DNA of 64,000 nucleotides. Source: Somniosus microcephalus. Lineage: Eukaryota. Both the position numbers and the translations under genes were made by a program. Location of the stretch: NCBI GenBank assembly GCA_052327205.1, contig CM126229.1, forward strand, positions 30,814,001-30,878,000. Direction: 5' to 3'. How positions within the stretch are numbered: the first letter of the stretch is position 1; each line of letters opens with the position of its first letter. Below the pieces are notes generated by a model, which was not told where the DNA came from, did no database searches, and saw only the letters and a program-made list of their open reading frames with translations. This document shows, piece by piece, positions 14,859 through 27,273 of this stretch.

Positions 14859-15246
14859 TACGGCTTCCAACCCTCCATGATTGGCCCGGAGTCTCCAGGA
14901 TGTGAAGATTAATCTCCAGGACACTGCTGCGAGCAACACCCGGGGCGAGAAATCACAGGGGCTTTAAAAAAATGGAGCGTTTTTTTCACTTCCTTTGAAC
15001 ACTTTTGTTTATTAGTTGTAAAAATATTGGAGCTTGGACAACAGGCTGTTTGGCCGATAGTCAATCGTCCAATTGGGTAATGAAGAGTCTTTTTGCTTTC
15101 CAATTGGCCGTGGGAAGGTGGGGGACGCCGTGAGGATGGATGGGCCGGGCGTCCAATGGCTGGGAATGTAGGGGTGGGGTGGTCGGAGGCAGGCGGTCAT
15201 GTGATGAAGCCTCCTGGAGTACAGTCAACCAGAGCTGGCAACCCTA
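14859..15246. mobile_element. hAT-like MITE, degenerate copy
   Basis: Ends tacggcttccaac and gctggcaacccta; similar to 37788-38043. Confidence 0.6.
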
Positions 15247-15552
15247 AGGTGGGCGCAACTCCTTGGCGGAGGCCGGGAAGCTTCCTGTACATCAATGACC
15301 CCGGTGCCGGAAATATGGCCGAGGCCGGGGGGCGCTTTTCAGGGCAGACGGTGCAACCCAATTAAGGACGGGAAAAATCTGTTTAACCTTGCAAATGGAG
15401 AATGGTCACTATTCAGTATCGGGGGCAGTGCTGTTGGTGCCTGTGGAACCTTGCCCCAGTAAGAGTCAGAGTCCTGGCCGGGGTGGGGGGGGGGGAAGGA
15501 ATAAAAGAGAGCATCAGGAATTTAGGTCCCAATAACCTTTGCTTTCCTCCAG

Positions 15553-15733
15553 ATTCCCAGTTTGAGTCACAGCGTTATCTCGCAGACGAGCTTCCGTGCA
15601 GAGTACAAATCGGTAGGAGGCCCAACCGTCTTCCAGAAACCTGTGAAGTTCCAGGTGGACATCACGTACGCAGAAGGGAGCGAGGCACAGAAAGAGAACG
15701 GGATTTATTCTGTCACTTTCACACTAATGTCAG
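15553..15733 (+). CDS. BRSK2: BRSK2-like KA1-domain exon ([19 protein letters not shown]...[13 protein letters not shown])
   Basis: tttcctccag|ATT acceptor; TCAG|gtgagg donor; 181 nt; overlaps ORF 15562..15789. Confidence 0.95.
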
Positions 15734-15869
15734 GTGAGGGACAATCAGAGAGAAGCGGAAGTGTCTCCCAGGTAACGCAATTTCTGTAATTTACCGAGAA
15801 ACCCAAGTTAAGATTTTTTTGTGTGTGTGTGTGTGAGACAGTATAGTCCCGCAAAAATGTTAAAAACCT

Positions 15870-16235
15870 CAGGAAGGATCTATTGGCCTTGGACAGGGTG
15901 CAGCGCAGGTTCACCAGCTTGATTCTGGGCCTTAGAGAGTTAAATTATGAGGACAGGTTGGCTTGTATTCCCTTGATTATAGAAGATTGAGGGGTGATCT
16001 GATGTTAAAATGTTAAATGGATTTGATAAAGTAGATACAGAGAATCTAGTTCACCTGGTGGGGAGAATCAAGAACGAGGGGACACAATCTTAAAATTGGA
16101 GCTAGACAATTTAGGAGGGAAATCAGGAAGTATTTTTTAACACAAAGGGTAGTAGAAATCTGGAACTCTCTTCCCCCCCCCACCCCGCCGCCGAAAAGGC
16201 TGTGGATGCTGGGGGCCAATTGGAGCTTTCCGAGA
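15870..16235 (+). mobile_element. CR1-type LINE 3' fragment
   Basis: Decayed ORF2 end (gtgcagcgcaggttcacc...ggaactctct). Confidence 0.7.
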
Positions 16236-16663
16236 AAATTGCCAGCCTAAGAGACAATCACATACTGTGGGACTGGAATCACAGGTAGGCCAGACATAGA
16301 AACATAGAAGATATGAGCAGGAGTAGGCCATTCGGCCCCTCGAGCCTGCTCCGCCATTCAATGAGATCATGGCTGATCATCCAAATTCAGTACCCGGTCC
16401 CTGCTTTCTCCCCATATCCCTTGATCAGGTAGGGAGGGCAGGTTCCCTTCCCTGAAGGACATTAGTGAACCTCTTTAAATGTGACAATGTGAAGGTTTCT
16501 ATTGTTCTATTTTTTTCCTGGTGCCAGCCCACAAATTACATTTAGATTTATTCAATTCACAAATGGCCATGGTGGGATTTGAACTCACAGCCGGTTGCTA
16601 GGTCAGTACCATAACCACTACACAGATGATATTCAACGTTAACAGGCTCTTTGTCTTCATCAG

Positions 16664-16753
16664 GGCCCAGCCGCAGGTTTAAGAGAGTTGTGGAAACAAT
16701 CCAAGCACAGTTATTAAGTGCACACGATCAGCCCTTGGTTCAGGCACTTGCAG
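16664..16753 (+). CDS. BRSK2: BRSK2-like KA1-end exon ([30 protein letters not shown])
   Basis: tcttcatcag|GG acceptor; GCAG|gtacgt donor; 90 nt; not in the ORF track. Confidence 0.95.
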
Positions 16754-18114
16754 GTACGTAATCAATACTGTCTCAATATTGTCTGTGTGTGTGTGTGATA
16801 AGTATGCATGTTTGTGCAACCATGATCCACTGTGCGTGAACTAGTCGCTCTTGGAATGTGATTTGCAAAGTAGCTGTTGGGTATCAGTTGAGAGGGCAGA
16901 GTTACCAATGCTGAGGTAATGAGAAGGAGTAGCCTAGTAACAGAATGTGTTGCAGTGCAGTATGTTAGGCATGTGTACTGTACGACTGAAGATTTACTGC
17001 CCTTGGAGGGTGAGCCACTGTGTCCCAGCTGGGAAAAGACTAAGTGGATCGGAAACTGAGAACCGAATGGAAACTTTGACAACTGGGAGAGCTGGCAGAG
17101 CCTGGTGATGCCATCTTGTAGAGTCTGCAGCCAATCTGGCTATGAGCAACTGGCTAAAGATCTTAACAGGGTTTGAAAGAGATTGCAGGCATCGTTCAGT
17201 GCTTCAGAAGACACCCTCCCAGAACAGCGCCCCTTGGAAGAGCTCAAAACCCCCAACTGAATCTACAAGAGAGCCTGGAAGAGTTGCACCCAGCCCATTG
17301 TCTCGGTCATTCAGACACACAAAATGAAAGGTGAGAAATGGATATCAGGCCCATCAGTGCCATTAGACCGTGCATCCTTGTGCACCAATCTCCCCAACCG
17401 CTGCTGACTCCTGGAGAGGCAAAAGAAACTTGTGGCCAATTGCAGGAAAAGCTCTGGGAATATTCTCCCAATTCCGAAGGCAATCAAGCATAGTTCTCCA
17501 TGATTCATCACTAAATGAACCTCAATTAACTCGCACACTTCCCCCATCCCATATGTCCCAATTTCCTGAGGAATATCGGGCTATACAGGACTGGAAATGC
17601 TATCTCTTTCCATAGGGAAGGATTCCAAAGATCACGCCTTAACCCACTTTCCCACCCTGACTGCCAAAAAAATGTTAATCACCCTCTTAAAACGTGTAAC
17701 AAATAGGTTCTCACATTCTGGGTGGCCTTGCTGCCACTTTGGCTCCACAATGCAATTTCAGGTTTCTCCTGGAATTATTCCCACGTATTAAGATTCCTTT
17801 ATTGGCTGTTTTTTCCCCCCCCTTGGCCATGAAGCGTTCCCAGGCTGGTGGACATCCTGCTCCTGTGGCCTCTCCTAAAATTGCTAGGAGGTGCGCAGGA
17901 ATGCCCGGGAGAAACCGCACGACTCCTTATCCTAGTGGTGCGCTAAGATGGGGAAGTTGCTGTGTGGGGAACCTAGCATGTCACCCCCGAGCTGCCCGAG
18001 TATCCATCTTCTCTAAAAGTAAGAGAGTGCGACTTAGAGACACTGCCTGGTGTAGCATTGAGCCGCAAAGGCTTGAAGGTCTCAGGTTCTATCCCCAGTC
18101 TGTGCTGAGTTAGG

Positions 18115-18433
18115 AAAGACTGACTTGCATTTATATAGCACCTTTCACAACCTCAGGATGTCCCAAAGCGCTTTACAGCCAATGAAGTATTTTTGAAGTG
18201 TAATCACTGTTGTAATGTAGGAAACGCGGCAGCCATTTTGCACACAGCAAGCTCCCACAAACAGCGGTTTAACGTCTCATCTGAAAGACGGCACCTCCGA
18301 CAGTGCAGCATTCCCTCAGCACTGCACTGGGAGTGTCAGCCTAGATTTTTGTGCTCAAGTCTCTGGAGTGGGACTTGAACCCACAACCTTCTGACTCAGA
18401 GGCGAGGGTGCTGCCCACTGAGCCACGGATGAC
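18115..18433 (-). mobile_element. tRNA-derived SINE with L2-like tail
   Basis: Minus-strand A box TGGCTCAGTGG and B box GGTTCAAGTCC; tail gctatataaatgcaag; related copies at about 35690, 53800, 56390, 57415, 62800 and 63040. Confidence 0.75.
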
Positions 18434-18734
18434 AAAAAAACTAAGTTGTAACTAGGAGTTAGGGGCAGCAGTTGGAATGCTATAGTTGACCTCAGTGCCA
18501 AGAAAATCAGCCAGGATTCCCACTCTTGCTCACTTTCCCTGCTGCAAAGTGCAGGTGTGTGATGTGTGGCAAAAATCCAGTCGGGAAAAATAGCCGTCCG
18601 AAACTCACCGTCTAGGCTCACGCAGGAAGAATAGGTGAGGTACTGAAGGGTTAGTGACTGTGAAACCGTACCCCAACAAGGAGTCAGCACTGTCGGAAGG
18701 GTAGAGAAGACAATTATTTCCCCTAGAAGTGAGG

Positions 18735-19040
18735 TCAATAACCAGGGTTATTAACCAGGATTTAAAGTAATTGGTAGAAGGATTAGAGGGGCGTTGAGGA
18801 GAACTTTTTTCACCCAGAGGGTGGTGGGGGTCTGGAACTCACTGCCTGAAAGGGTGGTAGAGGCAGAAACCCTCATTGCATTTAACAAGTACTTGGATAT
18901 GCACTCAAAGTGCCGTAACCTACAAGGCTACGGACCAAGAGCTGGAACGTGGGATTAGGTTGGATAGCTTTTTGTCGGCCAGCACAGACACGATGGGCTG
19001 TATGGCCTCTTTCTGCGGCGTAAATTTCTATGATTCTATG
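18735..19040 (+). mobile_element. CR1-type LINE 3' end
   Basis: tggaactcactgcctgaaagggtggtagaggcag...; (ATTCTATG)n tail; near-identical to 25340-25547. Confidence 0.78.
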
Positions 19041-19383
19041 AATTAATGGAAGAATCAGGAATGGCTGAGTGAGGTAAAATGTTAAGATGATTACAGGACA
19101 ATAATTTGAAACGGATTATTTGATTTTACTGAAATAGAAGCAGAGAATCGCTGGGAACGTGCAGCAGTCTGTCACCATCTGAAAAGAGCAGAAGGCACCA
19201 TTAATATTTCAGATGGGGACCTTTCATCAGGACGTTCAGAGCAAGGGTTCCTTCCTGAAATGCTAACCAGTCTTTTCCCAATGGTGACCCACCCAGATGT
19301 GTGTTTCCAGATTTTCACCACTAGCAGGTGGTTCTTATTTTGCCATTTTATTTCACACTCTCTCTCTCTCTGTGCCTCTATAG

Positions 19384-19568
19384 ATGAAAAGAACGGGCAG
19401 TTTAGCCATCCTTCAGGGACTTCAATCCGAGGGGCCCAGAGCATGCCCAGGGCGTGGAATGATTCAGAGTCCGTGGAGCACTTCAGGCGAGGAGACTCCA
19501 AACACTCGTCCTCTTTGAAAGAGAAACCCAAGCTTTTATCTTCCAATGGCACACAAAGTCAACCGTAG
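19384..19568 (+). CDS. BRSK2: BRSK2-like terminal coding exon (DEKNGQ...KEKPKLLSSNGTQSQP*)
   Basis: (TC)n tract plus ctatag|AT acceptor; DEKNG motif shared by BRSK1 and BRSK2; TAG at 19566-19568. Confidence 0.9.
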
Positions 19569-20524
19569 AAATCAAGCAAAAAAAAACTCTTTGCAAACGA
19601 GGCACCTCCCGTTGTCCTTGTGCGGATGTAAATATCTTTAAACATGAAGAAAAACGGAACTGAATGCGACCTCTATAGTCCCATTTCATTTTATTATTTA
19701 AGGATTGTGCGGGCCGCCACTCGAGGTTGGGGCCCGCGCCTTCTGAGTTGACGCACCCATGACACTCGTGTCTGCTTCAGGAAATTATGGGACTCGTTTC
19801 CACAGTAACCGTCTTCAATGGACAACCCAGTATAACGTCGGACTGAGGGATGAGGTTTATGCCCTGCAAACATTTCCCCTCCACCTCTCTTCCCCTACTC
19901 CAACTGAAAAAGCCAGAAGGGAATGTGGGTTGTGGGTTGGGGGGGGTGGGGTGTGAAAACTGCTTACCTCCCAGATCCACGCAGATATCCAAGGCAACTC
20001 CGGCCAGGAAATTTAGCAGAATCCTCTTCCTGTTTGCATCCAGCACTTTGTAGTCACGTGGATAGGGTTGGTGCAGGTAAAGTCAAAGGAAAAGCAAGTA
20101 CTTTTATACAGTTCTTTCCCAGTTTATTGCTGACACTGCAGGCTGGTAGAACCAGGCCTGTTTTATGCAAACGTTGCCCGTCCTGCCCTAGCCCAACGCA
20201 AGAGGCTTCAACAGCGACTTATAGGACCGAGCGCCACTGAAGCACAAACCGTCAGTCGATAATATTAAGTGAATGACTTTGAAAGGGCAAAAAAAAAAAA
20301 CTCGGTTCCTGTTTGAAAACTTGTGAGACATTTCAACTGTTAAACACCGTTTCTATCCCTTGCTCCAGGCTGCAGGGTTGTAGAGAAACCCACTCCCAGA
20401 ACGGTGTGTTCAATTCACTATGCGGGCAGCCACGTTTATTTTTGCATTATTTTCTGCTCTGTGTCCGACACCATTGCGGACAAGCCTCCCATTAAGAGCG
20501 GTCCCAGGGCGCCTGTGTTATTTG

Positions 20525-20530
20525 AATAAA
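20525..20530 (+). terminator. Candidate proximal poly(A) signal, BRSK-like gene
   Basis: AATAAA about 1 kb after the stop codon, with a T-rich tract downstream. Confidence 0.35.
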
Positions 20531-21594
20531 GCAATGGCTGAGAATATTTTTTTTTGCGGCTCAGCATTCTGAATGACAATTCGCTGGAATATAGACTGTT
20601 TATATTGGAAGACTGGGCCCCACCACTGGTCTGTGTTCTAGAATAGAATGTAAGACACGGTGATGAACCACAGGAACTGGAGTCTGGCTCTGGTGCATTT
20701 CTTAGGAACATAGGAACAGGAGTAGGCCATTAAGCCCCTCACGTCTGCTCTGCCATTCAATTCAGGGCCAGTCTCTTCTAATGTGGAAGTTCTAAGAGGT
20801 TCTTTTTAACACGTTCGGCCCTTCAACTCACAGGGGTAGAGCTGGACAGAGAGAAATAGACAGGGATGCAGTGAAGTAGAGATGGAGACAGACGGAAGAG
20901 ATATGGTGAGATAGAGACATAAGGGTCGATTTTAACTGTTCCCGCCCAACTTCAAGGCAGGAACTGTTAAAATCAACCTCATAGTTAGAAGCAAAGAGAA
21001 ACAGCGACAAAGAGAAAGAGAGACCATCGGGGCTAAAGAAAAATGAAAGAGCTACACAGAACCAGAAAGAAATAGCCAGAGAAAGATGGACACAGTCAGG
21101 AGTGACCAAAACAGCCAGAGAAATAGAACCGATTCCAATCGAGTCTGCAGCAAGAGCTTTAAGATACTCAGTTTTGGTGCTGAGTGCGCGATCGCCACCA
21201 CCCTTCTCTACACTCCACTTCGATATTTGGCCGTTATTTGAAACCAACATGGGTGGCAGAGTCCCTCCTCACAAGCCGAGAGACTTTGTCATCTCCATTC
21301 CAACCAGAATTGGAATTGGCCAACCTTCCACCAAATGGAATATAGGAAAAAAAACACCTCACACAAATGTAATAGTACACCCAGATGTATTTAAAAAGCC
21401 TGTTCACCACCAAGTAGGGTTCGCTGAATGGGCACTAACCCCATCGGAAAACTCTTCCCCAGGCCAGTTTCTGCTCCTAAAGGCACTGACCTTTGCTGGG
21501 GTACAGTTTTACAGGAGGCAGCAACCCATTCTAGAATCTAGGGAATTCTGGAAGATCAAAACCAATGCATCCACTATCTCTGCAGCCACCTCGT

Positions 21595-21820
21595 TTGAAA
21601 CCCTAGGATATATAGGCCAGCAGGTCCTGGGGATTTGTTGGCTTTTAGTCCCATTAATTTCTCCAGTACTTTTTCTTTACTAATATTAATTACTTAAAGT
21701 TCTTCAGTCTCATTAGACCCTTGGTTCCCCGGTATGTTTCTTGTGTCTTCTACTGTGAAGACAGATACAAAACATTTGTTTAACGTCTCTGCCATTTCCT
21801 TGTTAAAATTTCTCCTGTCT
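21595..21820 (-). mobile_element. CR1-type LINE ORF2 internal fragment
   Basis: Minus-strand peptide NKEMAETLNKCFVSVFTVED. Confidence 0.65.
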
Positions 21821-22469
21821 CTGCCCTCCAGTGGCCCTTCTTCAGAAGCCTGGATGGTGAAGTCAGCCACAAACCTCAGCCCTGACCTCAATCTGACATC
21901 CACACTGTCCCGCAAGGGAGTGGGGGGTGGGTTGGGGGTCACTGGATAGCTATGAAGAGCATTCCCCCACCAGTCACTGGCCTAGGACACCACTACATCC
22001 TGAATGCTTCCCCAGCTGAGATTGACTGATAACCCACAATAAGTAGGATGTAGGAATGGTGTGGAGAGGCAGAGTCTGGTACACAGATTCGCCCTGAAAT
22101 TCCATGGGATTCTCCCAACATTATGGTGGGTCTCTGCTGTTTGCCTGGAGGTTTCTGGTCGATTTCCGTGGGAGACCTGGTGAACACCTATGGAATTTAA
22201 GGGGTGTAGTGTTTGTGGTGGAAGCCACACCTCTTGCACAAAAAAACTTCTCTTCAATCAGCTCATACTCCACAATGTTGAGATAAGCTTTCATTATCAC
22301 CAAGTACAAATGAGGGAGGACATTTGACCCATCATCTTTCCATAGCAACCTGCAATCCCAACACAGCATCTAACTGCCTTGTGAATGACTCTGGGCTTTG
22401 TGTCTCCTTTATGCGACCCAAAGAGAATGGCTTGGTTAGGGCAGTTAAGGCCTTGAGCCTCGACAAAAA

Positions 22470-22700
22470 AAAAAGCCCCCCACTGCCAGCCTCTGTTCCT
22501 CTTTCCCACCTTCCACCCTATCAAAGACCTTCCCTTTTGTTCTTTCCTCCCCTCCCCTATTTCCCTGCACCTATTACATCTCTAACTTTTTCCAGTTCTG
22601 ATGAAAGGTCATCGACCTGAAACGTTAAACTCTTGTTTCTCTCTCTGCAGATGCTGCCTGACCTGCTGAGTATTTCCAGCATTTTCTGTTTTCATTTCGG
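22470..22700 (+). mobile_element. Penelope-like terminal repeat fragment with hammerhead-like motif
   Basis: CTGATGA..GAAACGTT followed by gatgctgcctgacctgctgag; same family as 35540-35690. Confidence 0.65.
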
Positions 22701-23320
22701 TTCCTCCCTCTGTGTTTTATGTCTATTGGCAGAGACTGGGGAAGCTGGCTAGGGCATCAAAGGAAGGAAGTTAAACACAAACTGCGCACAGTACCAATAT
22801 CGATCTCCCACTGTGAAAACAGAATTTAATAACATAATTGGCTTGGAGAGTAATAAACACTGAACCTGCTCCAGTTTGAATGCATTGGTTCCCCTTGGTT
22901 GGGGTGAGCAGGGGGAAAGGTTGTAACGTGAAGTTTAGACTCTAGGCTGAACAGACAAAGCATCCGTCCTGTGTGGTTCTGCCACCGATATTTCTTTCCT
23001 AGCCCCTTTCCTGATCATAGTTCTGTATGTTGAACAACTGTATGTACACAATGTCCAAGTGTGTTTTTTTTAAAGTCAATATGCAGTAAAGCTGAATGTG
23101 CTGTATATCCAGTTCAGAGATTATTACACAGTACAGCACTCAAAGAATTAAAAGTTTGCTACGGATGATTTTAAAAGCAGCAGGATGCTTACATGCAAGG
23201 TGGGGTTTTTCTCTCCGCCCGCCACATGTTTTCTTTGATTCCATCGATATAGTACTTCCTCATCAACTGAACAAACCTGTAAATTTGTATATGAATTTAG
23301 TGGGCTAGTTTAAATTAACA

Positions 23321-23326
23321 AATAAA
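23321..23326 (+). terminator. Candidate distal poly(A) signal, BRSK-like gene
   Basis: AATAAA after a TGTA-rich AT-rich stretch (23030-23320), followed by a U-rich element at about 23350-23370. Confidence 0.45.
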
Positions 23327-23820
23327 GTCATATACGAGAAATAAGACAGTCTTTGAATTTATTTTTTTTAATGCAAAAGTTCAAACTGCGCAAATAGCAT
23401 AAAGGGATGGATGCAAAGCACTATTGTTTGGGAGTGCTGCTGACAGTTATGTCCCAGAGGATCTAACTCCCGCACTTGTGGCGCTTGGTAGATTTGCTGC
23501 TTCTTCTGGCTCTAGGCCTACTCTCAGCCTGCCCAGCCGCAGTTGTTGCTCCTGCCCCTGCTGGGAATCATTGCCAATTCCTTTCCTTGCTCCCTGAAAA
23601 GAGGCAGCAATGGACTGCTTTTGGGAGGAGGATTGGATTCCTGCTTCCATGAACTTATGGTTTTCCCTTCCTGTGGGAAAGTGCCGTGTCTCTTGGAAAA
23701 TGCCCACAGTGACATTAAAAATCAGTGGCCCAGTGCGGGATAATTTGTTCTATTGTTGTCGTGTAAATGGAGGGGAGGAGGCAAACTACTGTATCCACTG
23801 TCAATGGGGACGAGGAAGTA

Positions 23821-24248
23821 GAGGAAACTCTTTGGTATCCGGCACCAACGGGACCGGGATGGTGCCGGTTGATTAAAAATTCCGGATGACGGAGAGGGTT
23901 ATCTACCGAGGCTATTTTTAACAAACAAAAATTTAAAAATCAAGAAATGTGCAATATACAGTAAGATGGAGAGACACATAGTACCCCTGTAAAATGGCGG
24001 ACCAGAAGAGACTACCGGCAGCGCGGGAGAGTCAGACTCCTGTTATTGAGGTGTTCGGACTTCCGATAGCGCCAAGAAGCCGAGTAGTGGCAGTTTGGAG
24101 AACTACCCCCACTGACTAACTCGGCCACCGCGGGAGACTCGGACTCGGCAACATTGCCGGTTATTGAGGTGTTGTTTTCGGAGTATGAATTTTGCCGGTT
24201 AATAGAGAATTCCGGCTATTTAGGTGCCGTTTAAACGAGAGTTTCCTG
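23821..24248. mobile_element. Tc1/mariner-pogo (Tigger-like) MITE
   Basis: TA on both sides; ends GAGGAAACTCT..CGGCACC and GGTGCCG..AGAGTTTCCTG; internal CCGGTTATTGAG-like subrepeats. Confidence 0.65.
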
Positions 24249-25109
24249 TACTATACTCACTAATAATGGGGAATACAGTTCTTCCCCAACCTTCGGACAG
24301 CTTTGTAAGATACCTTAAGAGTGGCCCATGAGCAAGTCCTCGGTTAGAATTGTAGCTCGCAAAAGTAACACTGAAGTATTTTAAAACCATGTATTGTTTT
24401 CAGGCTATGCTTTGCTTCAGAAGGACGAGTTACTCGGTAAAATTGTACCAGGCAAAATCCCCATACAAACCAGTGGAAGGATTTGGGGTTGACCAGAGGC
24501 TATGGGACCCTGGTCTTTGCATCCAGTTATTGGACGCAGCTAATACAGACTAGAAAGTCCCAGATTTGTTTCTTAGTCTGTGCAAAAAGTTAGGTGGTTT
24601 CAGCCAGAGCAACAATAGGGCCATTACCATTGCCCTCAGCACCACTGGGCTACGAGGAGAAATCCGGTGCCCATCAGAAAGGGTCTGAGATCAGGACAGA
24701 ATTGGGTTCGGCAATGCTCCACAGCCCACCCCCAGTTTAGACTTGCACATCAAGAACGTCAACCGACAATGGGGACTGGTGCCTGTAAAACAGTGGCATA
24801 CTCAGGAGGAGGAAAGTTGGAGCAAGATTTTTATATTTTTCTTCTTTGCCAAAAGGGTGTGACCATTAATTAAGAAGCTTTAGATCAGAGCTTAATATGG
24901 AAGGAAACTTTTTTTTAAAAAGTGGATCGCCTGTGACATTGCAACAGTGTTTTATAAGGACGCGTGTTATACCATGTAACATTCTGTTGCTAAGGTGAAG
25001 CTGTATCCCCTTTAAGGCCACAGCGTCTAATCGCTGTTAAGTTAACACAGGGTGAAGTCAATCACTGACTTGCTCTTTGATATTATTTTGCATCTGTGAC
25101 CAAGTGTAA

Positions 25110-25547
25110 TACTGAATACAGCTAGAGTACTGCGGACAGTTCTGGTCACCACATTACAGGAAAGATGTGAAAGATGGGATAGTGAAGGTTTACGAGGATG
25201 TTGCCAGGACTGGGGAATTTTAGCTATGAGGAAAGATTGGATGGGCTGGGCTGGGGTTGGTTTCTTTGGAACAGAGGAGGCTGAGGGGAGACTTGATTGA
25301 GGTGTATCAAATTATGAGGGGCCTAGAGTGGAGGGGATCTGGAACTCACTGCCTGAAAGGGTGGTAGAGGCAGAAACCCTCATCACATTTAAAAAGTACT
25401 TGGACATGCACGTGATGTGCCGTAACCTACAGGGCTACGGACCAAGAGCGGGAAAGTGGGATTAGGCTGGATCGCTCTTTTTCGGCCGGCACAGACACGA
25501 TGGGCCGAATGGCCTCCTTCTGTGCCGTAAATTTCCATGATTCTATG
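25110..25547 (+). mobile_element. CR1-type LINE 3' end with internal deletion
   Basis: ORF2-end remnant and ATTCTATG tail. Confidence 0.75.
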
Positions 25548-25653
25548 AAGTGTGACAAATACATGCTAGATGCAAGACAGCAGGAAAAAAGAGTTTTGAA
25601 AAATCTGAAAAAATGCCAGAAAGCACACACGTTCAGCGAATGTTAGTTATTTT

Positions 25654-25659
25654 TTTATT
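25654..25659 (-). terminator. Candidate MOB2 poly(A) signal
   Basis: AATAAA on the minus strand with a GU-rich downstream element (gtgtgtgctt, 25630-25621). An alternative AATAAA lies at 28751-28746. Confidence 0.45.
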
Positions 25660-27238
25660 TTACAGTATTCTTGTTTTGAGATGCAATGTATGATCTTAAG
25701 AGTTTTATTACATCCAGTATTAACAGACTACTATAGGCTTCCTGTAAAATAACAACTCATTGTAGCAACAAGCTAGCACCTTCCGTGCAGTTGTGGGTTG
25801 AAGCCAAAACATCCCTTTGATCTGGTACTGTCAGCTTGTAAGCACGCTCTTTCCTGTTAGCCAATCATTGAGTGCACCAACCGTGACAGTGAACAACAGG
25901 GGACCCCGCACTATCCTATCACACCCATCCCAAGCCTAAGGGCTCCTAATGAGAGAGGAATAAAATCAAAAGTCTACAAGAAATCCAATCAAATGACATG
26001 AAAGATAACTGGGGTGCAATTTGTCTCAAGTGTCTCATTATAGTGCACCAGACCTGGCAATGTTTCAGGAACCCTCGTCGCTAGTTCAGAAGTAGTCAGC
26101 AGCAGAAATCAAATTAAAAGATTATTCAAATTCAAAGATGAGATAGATGATGCAACAGAAATCATTATGTCATCGCTCCTCCATACCCCCAGCCACTGAG
26201 ATTGAGAATGATTCTTCCCTCAAAGAGTGAACTCAACTCTCTGCTTTCTGTGGGAGTCAGCCACATGGGAATGTCAGAGAAAAGTTCCACCTTGTAATTG
26301 CACGGAGAAGTGGCTAAGCTCATAGCCCAAGTCAAGCAGTGGAGTTCCACTCCATTAGCCCGGGAGTGAAACATTCAGAGAACACCTACATCTGCTCAAT
26401 CATTTTATATTTAAAGAAAACCCATTATATGTGCCAACCAAAAAGGATGTCATAGCTTCAGACTGACAGAGACTGGCTTCATCGCCACTCAAGAACATCA
26501 GCACAGTCCAACATAGCCTTTAACCCCGATATAGATCTTCAAACAACGTATGTGACCGCTCCTGCTACACGGCCAAATACACCCAGTGGTTCTGTCACCA
26601 AACAGAGTCATTTCTACATGTTGTTTCAATATCTTTGCTCCGCACACAAAAAAAAATGAAAAAGGGTCAAATTTAAGTCCTGCACTTGCTAACACAACAT
26701 ACAGTGGACATGGCAGGGAGTGATCATTCTGGCTGCAAAAACACCTTCCTGTGACGTCAGGCAACATAACTCATTCATACTTGCAGCTCTCATGAATTCA
26801 GCCCGGAGACGCCGCCTTGGTTTGCAAACCCCGCACTCCCAGTCATGCAGGCACTGTTTCTACAAACGACGTGACATGGCTTTCTCTAATTTCCCTGTCC
26901 CTCCACTACACAAAAAAAAAATTAAACAACATTTAGAATTGCAAATGATTTTCGACTCCGAAGCAGGCAGTTCCTCCCCTCTCCAACCTCCTCCCTTGAT
27001 GGTGCTTTTCGCTTGAGCTGCCCACTGCCTCCTGTTTCAGGAGAGGGACCTCTCGTGTGCTGCTCGCCTGCATTTTCCCTCAGCCAGTCTCTGTAGGCGC
27101 ACAGGATCCAGAGAACAAAAGCATAGGGGTCAACGCGGTTACTGAACTCAAACCAGTACCCTTATCCTGAACAGTAGACCCACATCATCCTGAAGCTCTC
27201 AGTTCCCGGAACCTGGGTTTGCTTACACAACAGAGTGC

Positions 27239-27241
<3 letters not shown>

Positions 27242-27271
<30 letters not shown>
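27242..27271. repeat. (AG)15 microsatellite
   Basis: Read directly. Confidence 0.9.

Positions 27272-27273
<2 letters not shown>

Noticed and set aside
17142-17336. Possible extra BRSK C-terminal exon (donor AAG|gtgaga near 17331)
   Set aside because: Weak acceptors, phase incompatible with the 19384 exon or an early stop, and no similarity to known BRSK2 alternative exons.
18355-18433. tRNA gene
   Set aside because: The A and B boxes belong to a SINE head; no convincing cloverleaf.
21102-21683. 193-aa ORF
   Set aside because: GTG start, no recognisable domain, runs into a CR1 fragment in the BRSK 3' region.
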